Assembly (NCBI GenBank): GCA_965243205.1
Contig: CBDEUK010000002.1
Span: 1,376,001 to 1,440,000 of the forward strand
Length of the DNA stretch: 64,000 bases
Direction of reading: 5' to 3'
From: Gammaproteobacteria bacterium
GTDB taxonomy: Bacteria > Pseudomonadota > Gammaproteobacteria > Eutrophobiales > Eutrophobiaceae
Shown here: positions 42,999-50,936 of the stretch, one piece after another
How the letters are laid out: the number at the start of each line of letters is the position of its first letter
Position numbering within the stretch: position 1 is the stretch's first letter
Made by a program: the position numbers and the translations under genes
Notes under the pieces: model-generated
The model's input: the letters and a program-made list of their open reading frames with translations, nothing else
Told to the model about the DNA's origin: nothing
Databases searched by the model: none

Positions 42999-43952
42999 GT
43001 GACGCGTTTTCCAGAACAGCCAAATGATGATTATGCTTTAATCTACCTGGAAAATACTGACCAAGAACTACCGGAAAAACCCAATCCAAATTTACGCTAT
43101 GCATATTTCAAAACCATAGCGCGTGGTGGGAAGGCCATTATCCAATCTTGCAAAGACATGTATCTTTCTAGAACGGTCTGTTACAAAACACTCAAACCTG
43201 AATTTGCCGATGACCCCATAGAGAAAAAACGCTTTTTAAGGGAAGCTCGTGTCAGTGCAATGTTGCAACATCCAAATACGATTCCAACCTATGAACTGGG
43301 CCGTGATAGTAAGGGGCATTATTACTTCACAATGAAATTAGTTCATGGTTATACATTAAGAGAAATCCTCGATTACCGCGAACGTTACGACTTAAGTCAA
43401 TTAATCAATGTTATTACGCAAATCGCTCAAGCATTAGACTATGCACATAGCCACCGAGTTATCCATCGAGATATTAAACCAGAAAATATTTTAGTTGGTC
43501 CATTTGGAGAAGTAGTACTAATGGATTGGGGCTTAGCCAAAGTTTGGAACCCTGATGGAACCAGTCCAGAACCTGAAAGAAAACCAAATTTAACATCCAA
43601 CGTTAAAATTTCTTCGATGACCGATACTGAAAATCTTCAAGGTACGATTTCTTATATGTCACCTGAACAATTGCGTCGAGACCCTGATATAGACTTCGCT
43701 ACTGACATATACAGTTTAGGCACGGTGCTCTATGAAGTGTTAGCCGGGAAACTACCATTTGAAGGACAAACAATCAGTGAATTAAGTAAACAAATACTCG
43801 AAGATAAACCTGCAAAACCGTCGGAGGTAACCACTGCTAACGTTCCAAAGTTATTAGAACAAATAGTGATGCAGTGCATTCAGAAAGAAAGCGATAATCG
43901 TTTTAATAGCTGTGCAGAAATAATTCGCATGTTAGAAGAAGATTGGAAGTAA
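42999..43952 (+). CDS. Soluble Hanks-type serine/threonine protein kinase
   Basis: ARGG loop, CYK, FLREAR, HRDIKPEN, DWG, GTISYMSPEQ, DIYSLG; no transmembrane or sensor domain. Confidence 0.92.
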   Translation: MTRFPEQPNDDYALIYLENTDQELPEKPNPNLRYAYFKTIARGGKAIIQSCKDMYLSRTVCYKTLKPEFADDPIEKKRFLREARVSAMLQHPNTIPTYELGRDSKGHYYFTMKLVHGYTLREILDYRERYDLSQLINVITQIAQALDYAHSHRVIHRDIKPENILVGPFGEVVLMDWGLAKVWNPDGTSPEPERKPNLTSNVKISSMTDTENLQGTISYMSPEQLRRDPDIDFATDIYSLGTVLYEVLAGKLPFEGQTISELSKQILEDKPAKPSEVTTANVPKLLEQIVMQCIQKESDNRFNSCAEIIRMLEEDWK

Positions 43953-43953
43953 A

Positions 43954-43970
43954 CGCACTATTGTTGTGCG
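43954..43970. promoter_or_regulatory. NtrC enhancer site 1 upstream of glnII
   Basis: CGCACTATTGTTGTGCG (GCAC-N7-GTGC). Confidence 0.75.
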
Positions 43971-43995
43971 TTTTTATCCTTTGATTTAGCATATA

Positions 43996-44012
43996 AGCAC
44001 TGTATTTGTGCA
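43996..44012. promoter_or_regulatory. NtrC enhancer site 2 upstream of glnII
   Basis: AGCACTGTATTTGTGCA (GCAC-N7-GTGC), 42 bp from site 1. Confidence 0.75.
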
Positions 44013-44088
44013 TTATTATTTTTTTTACAAATATTTCTACTCAAATCGTACGTTCATAGTCTAAATACAATATATATAAATTAAAATA

Positions 44089-44101
44089 TAACCTATTGAT
44101 T
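44089..44101 (-). promoter_or_regulatory. IHF binding site
   Basis: Minus strand AATCAATAGGTTA matches WATCAANNNNTTR, between the enhancer and the sigma54 promoter. Confidence 0.65.
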
Positions 44102-44174
44102 TTTAAAAACTATAACCACTACTGACCAATTCTATTTTATTTCCCTAGCCATAATATATAGACTATGCCGCGAC

Positions 44175-44190
44175 TGGAACGCATATTGCT
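44175..44190 (+). promoter_or_regulatory. Sigma54 (-24/-12) promoter of glnII
   Basis: TGGAACGCATATTGCT (GG-N10-GC). Confidence 0.8.
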
Positions 44191-44260
44191 GAATAAGTCG
44201 CACAATTGCGGTTCAAACCTAAAGAAAATACCAACAAAGAGTGGAGGATAATTAAATATC

Positions 44261-45274
44261 ATGAAAAGCAAGTTGGAATATATTTGGCTTGATGGGTACA
44301 AGCCTACTCAAAGTCTTCGCAGCAAAACCATGGTTAGAGAAGATTTCAGCGGCAAATTAGAAGATTGCCCAATGTGGTCATTTGACGGTAGCTCGACAGA
44401 ACAAGCTGAAGGCGGTAGTTCAGATTGTTTATTAAAACCAGTTATGTGTGTCCCAGATCCAGACCGTAAAAACGGTTATCTTGTTATGACCGAGGTATTG
44501 AACGCAGACGGTACTCCACACGAATCAAATGGCCGTGCGACCATTGACGAAGCTGACGACGACGATGATTTCTGGTTTGGTTTCGAACAAGAATACTTCT
44601 TATGGGATCCTGTTACAGATGTACCTCCTGGCTTCCCTGCAGGCGGTTTCCCACGTCCACAAGGCCCTTACTATTGTTCAGTCGGTGGTAAAAACGCTTA
44701 TGGCCGTGAAGTCATCGAAGAACATTTGGATATCTGTTTAGAAGCTGGCTTAAACGTTGAAGGTATCAACGCTGAGGTTGCAGCAGGTCAATGGGAATTC
44801 CAAGTATTCGCGAAAGGCGCTAAACGTGCTGGTGACGAAACTTGGTTAGGTCGTTATTTCCTAGAACGTACTGCCGAAAAATATGGCTTAGCCATCGAAT
44901 GGCATCCTAAACCACTAGGTGATACTGACTGGAACGGTTCTGGTATGCATGCAAACTTCTCAAACGGCGCAATGCGTGAATCTGGTAAAGAAGAAACCTT
45001 CACTAAAATTTGCGATGAGTTTGGTAAGAACATTGAACGTCATATCAGTGTTTATGGCGCTGAAAATGACCAACGTTTAACTGGTGCACACGAAACTCAA
45101 TCAATCGATCAATTCAGTTACGGTGTTTCTGACCGTGGTGCTTCTATCCGTATCCCAGTAGGTACAGTTGAAGACGGTTGGAAAGGTCGTTTAGAAGATC
45201 GTCGTCCTGCTTCTAACGCTGATCCATACAAAGTGGCAGCAGCGATTGTGAAAACAACTAAAGAAGCTGGCTAA
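44261..45274 (+). CDS. glnII: Glutamine synthetase type II
   Basis: 337 aa; LEYIWLDG, LRSKT, WSFDGSST.QA, QGPYYC.VG, GINAEV..GQWEFQ, DWNGSGMH, RLTGAHET, GVSDRGASIRIP, EDRRPASNADPY are all GSII signatures. Confidence 0.93.
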   Translation: MKSKLEYIWLDGYKPTQSLRSKTMVREDFSGKLEDCPMWSFDGSSTEQAEGGSSDCLLKPVMCVPDPDRKNGYLVMTEVLNADGTPHESNGRATIDEADDDDDFWFGFEQEYFLWDPVTDVPPGFPAGGFPRPQGPYYCSVGGKNAYGREVIEEHLDICLEAGLNVEGINAEVAAGQWEFQVFAKGAKRAGDETWLGRYFLERTAEKYGLAIEWHPKPLGDTDWNGSGMHANFSNGAMRESGKEETFTKICDEFGKNIERHISVYGAENDQRLTGAHETQSIDQFSYGVSDRGASIRIPVGTVEDGWKGRLEDRRPASNADPYKVAAAIVKTTKEAG

Positions 45275-45301
45275 TCGTTTCATCATTACTCTTCTGAGTA
45301 T

Positions 45302-45330
45302 AAAAAACCGGGGTTCGCCTCGGTTTTTTT
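45302..45330 (+). terminator. Intrinsic terminator after glnII, probably bidirectional
   Basis: AAAAAACCGGGG-TTCG-CCTCGGTTTTTTT. Confidence 0.85.
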
Positions 45331-45361
45331 ATACCTGGAATTTGGTGAATACTAACTATTC

Positions 45362-46015
45362 TTAGGAATGGATAATTAAATGTCGATCAGAAACATCTGT
45401 AACCTCTAAATGTTCTAACCCACATGTTTGCAATTGGACTTTTACTTCATCAACTGTAAAAGCTGCCTTTAGAGAATTAAAAAAATCTTTTTGTAATACT
45501 TCTGGTTCATCCTTGGCATATTCATAAACTAACTGTTCAGCGACAGATTCTGATTCTGGTCGCATTAAGTCCATGATAAAAATTTTTGATGATGGATTGC
45601 TAAACTGTTTAACGCCATTCCAAAAATGGAATGGCTCGTGTATATGATGCAACAAACTATTACTGATAATCACATCGTAGTTTTCTAACGGTAACTCAGA
45701 GCTTTGAATCATACTTTGATATAGCTCTATACGATGCTGTAAATCGTGTTTTGCAATTGCTTCTCTACCAAAAGCTAACATCGCTTCTGCACCGTCCAAA
45801 CCATGAATAATCGTTTCAGAAAAAGCCTTAGCAAAGCGAATGCTGATATCCGCTGGCCCACATCCCAAATCCAAAACCAAACCCTGAATAGCTTCTGGAA
45901 ATGTTTGCTTAAACAATTCAATGAAATGATTATGCGGTTCAGAGAAATCAGCCATTGCATAGGCTTTGGCTTGTTCGAACTCATTCATGAGTTCTGGTTC
46001 GACTATTCTTTGCAT
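45362..46015 (-). CDS. Class I SAM-dependent methyltransferase
   Basis: VLDLGCGPAD, LDGAEAML, ISNSLLHH, MDLMRP. Confidence 0.85.
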   Translation of the reverse strand: MQRIVEPELMNEFEQAKAYAMADFSEPHNHFIELFKQTFPEAIQGLVLDLGCGPADISIRFAKAFSETIIHGLDGAEAMLAFGREAIAKHDLQHRIELYQSMIQSSELPLENYDVIISNSLLHHIHEPFHFWNGVKQFSNPSSKIFIMDLMRPESESVAEQLVYEYAKDEPEVLQKDFFNSLKAAFTVDEVKVQLQTCGLEHLEVTDVSDRHLIIHS

Positions 46016-46021
46016 AAATAA

Positions 46022-47272
46022 TTAAGGAAGCAAAACTTCATGCTCAAATAATTCTTCAATCGTTTCCCTTCTACGAATTAAACGAGGCAAGCCTTCTGAA
46101 ATCATTATCTCTGCAACACGAGGCCTCGTGTTGTAATTAGACGCCATAGTAAAACCATAAGCGCCTGCAGAACAAACAGCAATTAAATCATCTTGTTGAA
46201 TAGCAAGTTTACGTGCTTTACCTAAGAAATCTCCCGTTTCACAAATAGGGCCAACAATGTCGTATTCGGCTTGCTTAGTATTTGAATTTTCATTCACCGT
46301 TAAAATTTCATGATACGCACTGTAGAGCGATGGTCGTAACAGATCATTCATTGCGGCATCTACAATCGCAAAGTTTCTATCTTCACCTTGTTTAATGTAT
46401 TCCACTTTAGTGACCAGTACTCCTGCGTTACCAACAATCGAACGACCAGGTTCAATTAACACTTCCATGTTTTCATCGTTGAGAGTTTCAATAATTGCCT
46501 TAGCATAGCTGCTCATCTCAGGAATAGTCTCATCCTGATATTGAATTCCTAAACCACCACCGATATCCACATGCTTTAATTGAATACCTTTGCTACTCAG
46601 TTTATTAATCAATTCGACTAAACGTTTTAATGCATCAATAAATGGTGATATTTCCGTTATCTGCGATCCGATATGGCAATCCACACCAACAATTTCTAAA
46701 TGTTCCAATGAATTTGCTAACTCATAAGCTTTGACGGCTTCATCGTATGCAATGCCAAATTTGTTTTCACGTAAACCTGTAGAAATATAAGGATGCGTAT
46801 TGGCATCGACATCGGGATTAATGCGTAATGACACAGGTGCTATTTTATTAATAGAACCTGCAACTGAATTTAAACGATGCAACTCTGCAATTGATTCAAC
46901 ATTAAAGCATTTAACACCGTACTCAAGAGCCAATTTCATTTCCTGTTCAGTTTTACCAACGCCAGAAAACACCACTTTGTTTACATCACCACCCGCTTTA
47001 CGGACGCGTTCTAATTCACCGATTGAAACAATATCGAATCCCGAACCAAGCTTGGCTAATACATTTAAGATAGCAATATTGGAATTGGCTTTAACGGCAT
47101 AACAGACTAAATGCGGATGTTCGCCAAATGCAGAATCATAAGCTAGCCACTGTTGTTCCACGCTATTTCGAGAATAAACATAACACGGTGAACCATATTC
47201 ATTAGCAATATCTTGCAATGAAACACCATCAAGGCATAACACACCGTTTTGGTAAGAAAGAGATTCAAACAT
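46022..47272 (-). CDS. lysA: Diaminopimelate decarboxylase
   Basis: YAVKANSN, HIGSQ, IGGGLG, EPGRS, GPICETGD. Confidence 0.96.
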   Translation of the reverse strand: MFESLSYQNGVLCLDGVSLQDIANEYGSPCYVYSRNSVEQQWLAYDSAFGEHPHLVCYAVKANSNIAILNVLAKLGSGFDIVSIGELERVRKAGGDVNKVVFSGVGKTEQEMKLALEYGVKCFNVESIAELHRLNSVAGSINKIAPVSLRINPDVDANTHPYISTGLRENKFGIAYDEAVKAYELANSLEHLEIVGVDCHIGSQITEISPFIDALKRLVELINKLSSKGIQLKHVDIGGGLGIQYQDETIPEMSSYAKAIIETLNDENMEVLIEPGRSIVGNAGVLVTKVEYIKQGEDRNFAIVDAAMNDLLRPSLYSAYHEILTVNENSNTKQAEYDIVGPICETGDFLGKARKLAIQQDDLIAVCSAGAYGFTMASNYNTRPRVAEIMISEGLPRLIRRRETIEELFEHEVLLP

Positions 47273-47284
47273 GATTGGAGATGA

Positions 47285-47407
47285 TTATTTTTCTTCAGAC
47301 TCAGTGGTTTCTTCAGGCAAATACAAATCGCCTTTTTGCCCACACGCAACGGTTCCTAGTAGTAATAGGAACAATAAAGAAATTGTTTTGAAACGAATTG
47401 AGTTCAT
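47285..47407 (-). CDS. lptM: Small lipoprotein LptM/LppL (YifL family), 40 aa; not in the ORF track
   Basis: MNSIRFKTISLLFLLLLGTVACGQKGDLYLPEETTESEEK; CGQKGxLYLP signature directly upstream of lysA. Confidence 0.9.
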   Translation of the reverse strand: MNSIRFKTISLLFLLLLGTVACGQKGDLYLPEETTESEEK

Positions 47408-47444
47408 TGATAGTTCTAAAGTTGGTTTTTGATAATTGTATACT

Positions 47445-47477
47445 AAAAAAGCCCTATCCGTAATCGAATAGAGCTTT
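47445..47477 (-). terminator. Intrinsic terminator after the VPLPA-CTERM gene
   Basis: Minus strand AAAGCTCTATTCG-ATTA-CGGATAGGGCTTTTTT (with G-U pairs). Confidence 0.7.
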
Positions 47478-47500
47478 CAAATAGAAAGAGAGTTTTTTAA

Positions 47501-49573
47501 TTATTTTTGCTTATGCTTGAATAAAAATAATAGAGATGAGATAAATAACCAAGCTGCCGCAGGCAATGGAACATTAGAAGCAGGAGTTAGTAAAACAACT
47601 TTTTCCTCATATTCTCCCTCAACACCAATCACTAAAATCTGGCCTCGCTCATTCGCTAGATAAGCCTCTTTTAGATAATCCAAATCGATTTCACCTAATT
47701 CATCCCTCAATAATGTACCTAAATCTACAAAGCCATTTTCTACTGTAAAGGCGAAACCTCTTCCATCTAAATATGTGTCGTCTTGCCCCCATAGTATATA
47801 AACCCCGAGAGCTAAGCCATCATCATCTAAATAATAAATTTCACTTTCAGTAAAACCGTCTGAACGTAAAGATACATCAAATGAAAATGTCTGATCGGTA
47901 TTTGAATCATAAAACCAGGCAACTTGGCCATTTTTTTCATTTCCATTATATTTTTGAGAAAGCCCAACGACCTGCCCTATTTCGTTTAAGTCAAAAACTC
48001 GACTGTTTTGTCTTCCATCTGTTCCAGTAAATTCATTTCCAGTTAACCCAATTTGAATAGTGCCAACGCCATTAAATAACCATGAATCAGTATCATTTTG
48101 GTATTCACCAGTAAAACGGTCGGAAAGACCAATGACGTATCCTTGATTATTGATATCGACTACTTCTGAATTACGTTCTCCTTGGCTACTGGTATGCTCA
48201 CTATCAACTAAACCTATTTGTTTTGTTTCAGAACCATCATAAAACCATGTATCTCTGCCTAGAAAATCTTGTTGATTAAAGCGCATAGAATCTCCAGTTG
48301 CCTGTCCTTGGTCATTGAGCATTTTTGCTTCACTAAATTGAACACCATATTCATCGGTATATTCTTCTCCTATGAAACCTAAACGAACAGTTTTATCGCC
48401 ATCATAAACCCAGGCACTCTGACCTCTATGCTCTACTATATCTGGAGTTCCAGCGCCGCTAACAAGGTTATAATGTTCTGAGCCTCCAATAACCTGACCA
48501 TTTTTATTAATTGCCTTTTTGTCACCATTTAGTGGAAATAAAATCTCACTATATTGCCTGCTCTCATTGCTTGTGTGGTATGCATCGGTCAAACCCATTT
48601 GAGTGTAATTTCCTTGATCGTATAACCAAGCTACTTGGCCCGCATCAAATTGATTCAAACGAGTAGATTCTCCAATCACCTGTCCTGCTTCATTGATTGA
48701 AAACACTCTACTTTGGGTTTCGCCATTGACATCTTCAAATTCTGAACCATTAAGCCCAAGTGCTATTGTCTGATTACCATCATATATCCAAGCATTCGTT
48801 CCATCACGAAAATCACGCAATGAAAAGTCGTCTGTTTTAAACCTATCGGAATTTCCTATAATAGCGCCTTGAGAATTATAATCGTTCCATGTTGAATTCT
48901 GATAGCCATCACTTGCTCGAGTATGCCTGTCGCCTGTAAATCCTAACTTTTTAGTTTCAATTCCATTGTAAGCCCATACACTATAACCATTATCATTCAT
49001 CCCATTAAATCGAGTTGAACTACCTAATACATGAGAAGAACCTACAATTATTTGAGCTTCACTGTATTCAAAACCATCAGATCTTGTGTATTCATCACTA
49101 GTAAGACCTACTTCTCTTGTTTGGTTGTCATGATAAACCCAAGCGTGCTGACCATGTGATGTTGTAGTACCTGATACATATCTTTCAGAAACGCCTGCTA
49201 CCCATCCTTCATTGTTTAGAGCAAAAGCACTGCTTGATTGATAGCCGTTTATATCCGTATATTCTGTGCCTATCAGTCCAACCTGTTTCGTACTGACGCC
49301 ATCATAAAACCAAGCACTTTCTTTAGTACTTTCATTTGTGATTGGATCTTCGAAAAAAGTACGTCCAATTACCTGGCCACTATTGTTGAGAGGCTTGGGG
49401 CCAGAAAAAGCAGTAACTAAAGGCACATAGCTAAATACTGGAATATTTTGACCATCACCTTCTAATCCAAGAATTTGGATATCGTAATTTTCGAATAAAT
49501 CGGCGGCTTGAGTTGAAAAAACAGCAGAAGCTAAAATAATTGAAATAAATAATCTTTTTGATAATACGTCCAT
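47501..49573 (-). CDS. Secreted repeat (beta-propeller-like) protein with VPLPA-CTERM/PEP-CTERM sorting signal
   Basis: Signal peptide; about 9 repeats of roughly 55-64 aa; C-terminal VPLPAAAWLFISSLLFLFKHKQK. Confidence 0.85.
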   Translation of the reverse strand: MDVLSKRLFISIILASAVFSTQAADLFENYDIQILGLEGDGQNIPVFSYVPLVTAFSGPKPLNNSGQVIGRTFFEDPITNESTKESAWFYDGVSTKQVGLIGTEYTDINGYQSSSAFALNNEGWVAGVSERYVSGTTTSHGQHAWVYHDNQTREVGLTSDEYTRSDGFEYSEAQIIVGSSHVLGSSTRFNGMNDNGYSVWAYNGIETKKLGFTGDRHTRASDGYQNSTWNDYNSQGAIIGNSDRFKTDDFSLRDFRDGTNAWIYDGNQTIALGLNGSEFEDVNGETQSRVFSINEAGQVIGESTRLNQFDAGQVAWLYDQGNYTQMGLTDAYHTSNESRQYSEILFPLNGDKKAINKNGQVIGGSEHYNLVSGAGTPDIVEHRGQSAWVYDGDKTVRLGFIGEEYTDEYGVQFSEAKMLNDQGQATGDSMRFNQQDFLGRDTWFYDGSETKQIGLVDSEHTSSQGERNSEVVDINNQGYVIGLSDRFTGEYQNDTDSWLFNGVGTIQIGLTGNEFTGTDGRQNSRVFDLNEIGQVVGLSQKYNGNEKNGQVAWFYDSNTDQTFSFDVSLRSDGFTESEIYYLDDDGLALGVYILWGQDDTYLDGRGFAFTVENGFVDLGTLLRDELGEIDLDYLKEAYLANERGQILVIGVEGEYEEKVVLLTPASNVPLPAAAWLFISSLLFLFKHKQK

Positions 49574-49650
49574 TTTGAGTCCATTTTCGTGTTTAAAACA
49601 CTTTTTATATACTTTTAATTCTATATTTTTTTGATTTCATTATCATTACT

Positions 49651-50412
49651 TTAACTAACAACAGGAAAAACTCTGCCCACTAAAAATTCTTTTTTGGAGA
49701 AGTGAAACATGGTTTGTTCATTATCTTTTCGATTATTCAAAATTTTAAAGCTCACTGTTTCTTTAGAAGTCATACAAAATAAACGGCGTTTATTTTGAGG
49801 TAGCTTTTTCTTTAACGCCTTAGGTTTGGTAATGGCTAAATTAAAGCCTTTATCAGGACAACGTGCTGATTCAAATCGAATGCCATCGCAATTATTCTCT
49901 CGTAGATATGTCCCGACTTGTTGCGTCAGTTCATAGCTATTTTTGGAGATCATATCTTTACGACGTTTTTTAAATGGTGGCTTAGTAACATCCACTGCTA
50001 GAGAACATTTATAGGCTGCTTGAAATGCTGTGTGTTGAGTTTGCAATGGATTAGGCGGGGCTTTGCTCATACCTTGCCAGAAAAGAAAACGATAATAAGC
50101 AACTTCAGCTAATACTGTATTAAACGTTTCAGAACCGTAAAAAATACCGCGTTCATTTGCGGTTCCAAAACGCGAGCCCCATCGCAACGGCGGGTAACGA
50201 AACGGTGTTGATAATAAATAATCCAGACCTTTTGTGTCTTCTGGCTGCGAAGGTTTACAACCATCTAACAACTGTTCTAAAACATCTTGTTCCTCAATAT
50301 TATCGACCAAACTCATAGTAGCAATTTGTTCTTGGCTTTCTACCACACGCCAAATATCGCCTTGAAGAATCTCAGTATTAATAGAGCCCCAAGACGAGTT
50401 AAATCTTGCCAC
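49651..50412 (-). CDS. RES-domain toxin (MbcT/ParT-like)
   Basis: WRVVESQ (R), TPFRYPP, GSRFG, AEVAYYR (E), FESAR (S); overlaps the upstream antitoxin gene by 14 nt. Confidence 0.88.
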   Translation of the reverse strand: MARFNSSWGSINTEILQGDIWRVVESQEQIATMSLVDNIEEQDVLEQLLDGCKPSQPEDTKGLDYLLSTPFRYPPLRWGSRFGTANERGIFYGSETFNTVLAEVAYYRFLFWQGMSKAPPNPLQTQHTAFQAAYKCSLAVDVTKPPFKKRRKDMISKNSYELTQQVGTYLRENNCDGIRFESARCPDKGFNLAITKPKALKKKLPQNKRRLFCMTSKETVSFKILNNRKDNEQTMFHFSKKEFLVGRVFPVVS

Positions 50413-50773
50413 GAATACCGTCCAGGTATCTGGAAACGCTCATGAGTCCTTCCAAGCTTTGAACTTGTTCAATAGGAATTCCGCCTGTGTGCAAATTTTT
50501 GGTATGAAACCAATGTTGCATGGCTTGTTCATCACCACCCATCAAAGCATGCAAAGCACGATAGCAACGGATCAATACCAAGGCTAATTCACCATGTTTG
50601 CTATCGGCTTTTAAACCATTAGCGCGGTATAAACTGCTTTTATTGCGACCCACAATAGCTCCGAGAACTTCAGGTGCAATATCCAAAGCCTTGCCAACAT
50701 TCATTAAAGCCTTGCGAACAACACTATCTTGATCAACTGCAGTCGTATTTTTATTGAGGGCTTGAGTAGCCAT
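50399..50773 (-). CDS. Xre/MbcA/ParS-family antitoxin
   Basis: N-terminal HTH-like region, C-terminal 'YRALHALMGG...WFHTKN...GGIP...GL..V..YLDGIRG'. Confidence 0.88.
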   Translation of the reverse strand: MATQALNKNTTAVDQDSVVRKALMNVGKALDIAPEVLGAIVGRNKSSLYRANGLKADSKHGELALVLIRCYRALHALMGGDEQAMQHWFHTKNLHTGGIPIEQVQSLEGLMSVSRYLDGIRGKI

Positions 50774-50815
50774 AATTCACTCCGTTTAGTCTATTACAGA
50801 AACACTAAACATAAT

Positions 50816-50855
50816 TCTTATTTAAGATAATTTAAATATATAATCTTATTTTAGA
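50816..50855. promoter_or_regulatory. Candidate TA autoregulatory operators
   Basis: TCTTA-TT-TAAGA (50816-50827) and TCTTA-TT-TTAGA (50844-50855) upstream of the antitoxin. Confidence 0.4.
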
Positions 50856-50936
50856 ATTTTCAAGATCATTTCAATTTTGAATTACACATCAGAAACTACG
50901 ATACTCTCTGTTTTGAAATGAACTGAAGAATACATC

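Noticed and set aside
47501-49573. Periodic sequence as a possible CRISPR array or DNA tandem repeat
   Set aside because: The repeats are degenerate and at the protein level within one ORF; no cas genes and no identical DNA repeats
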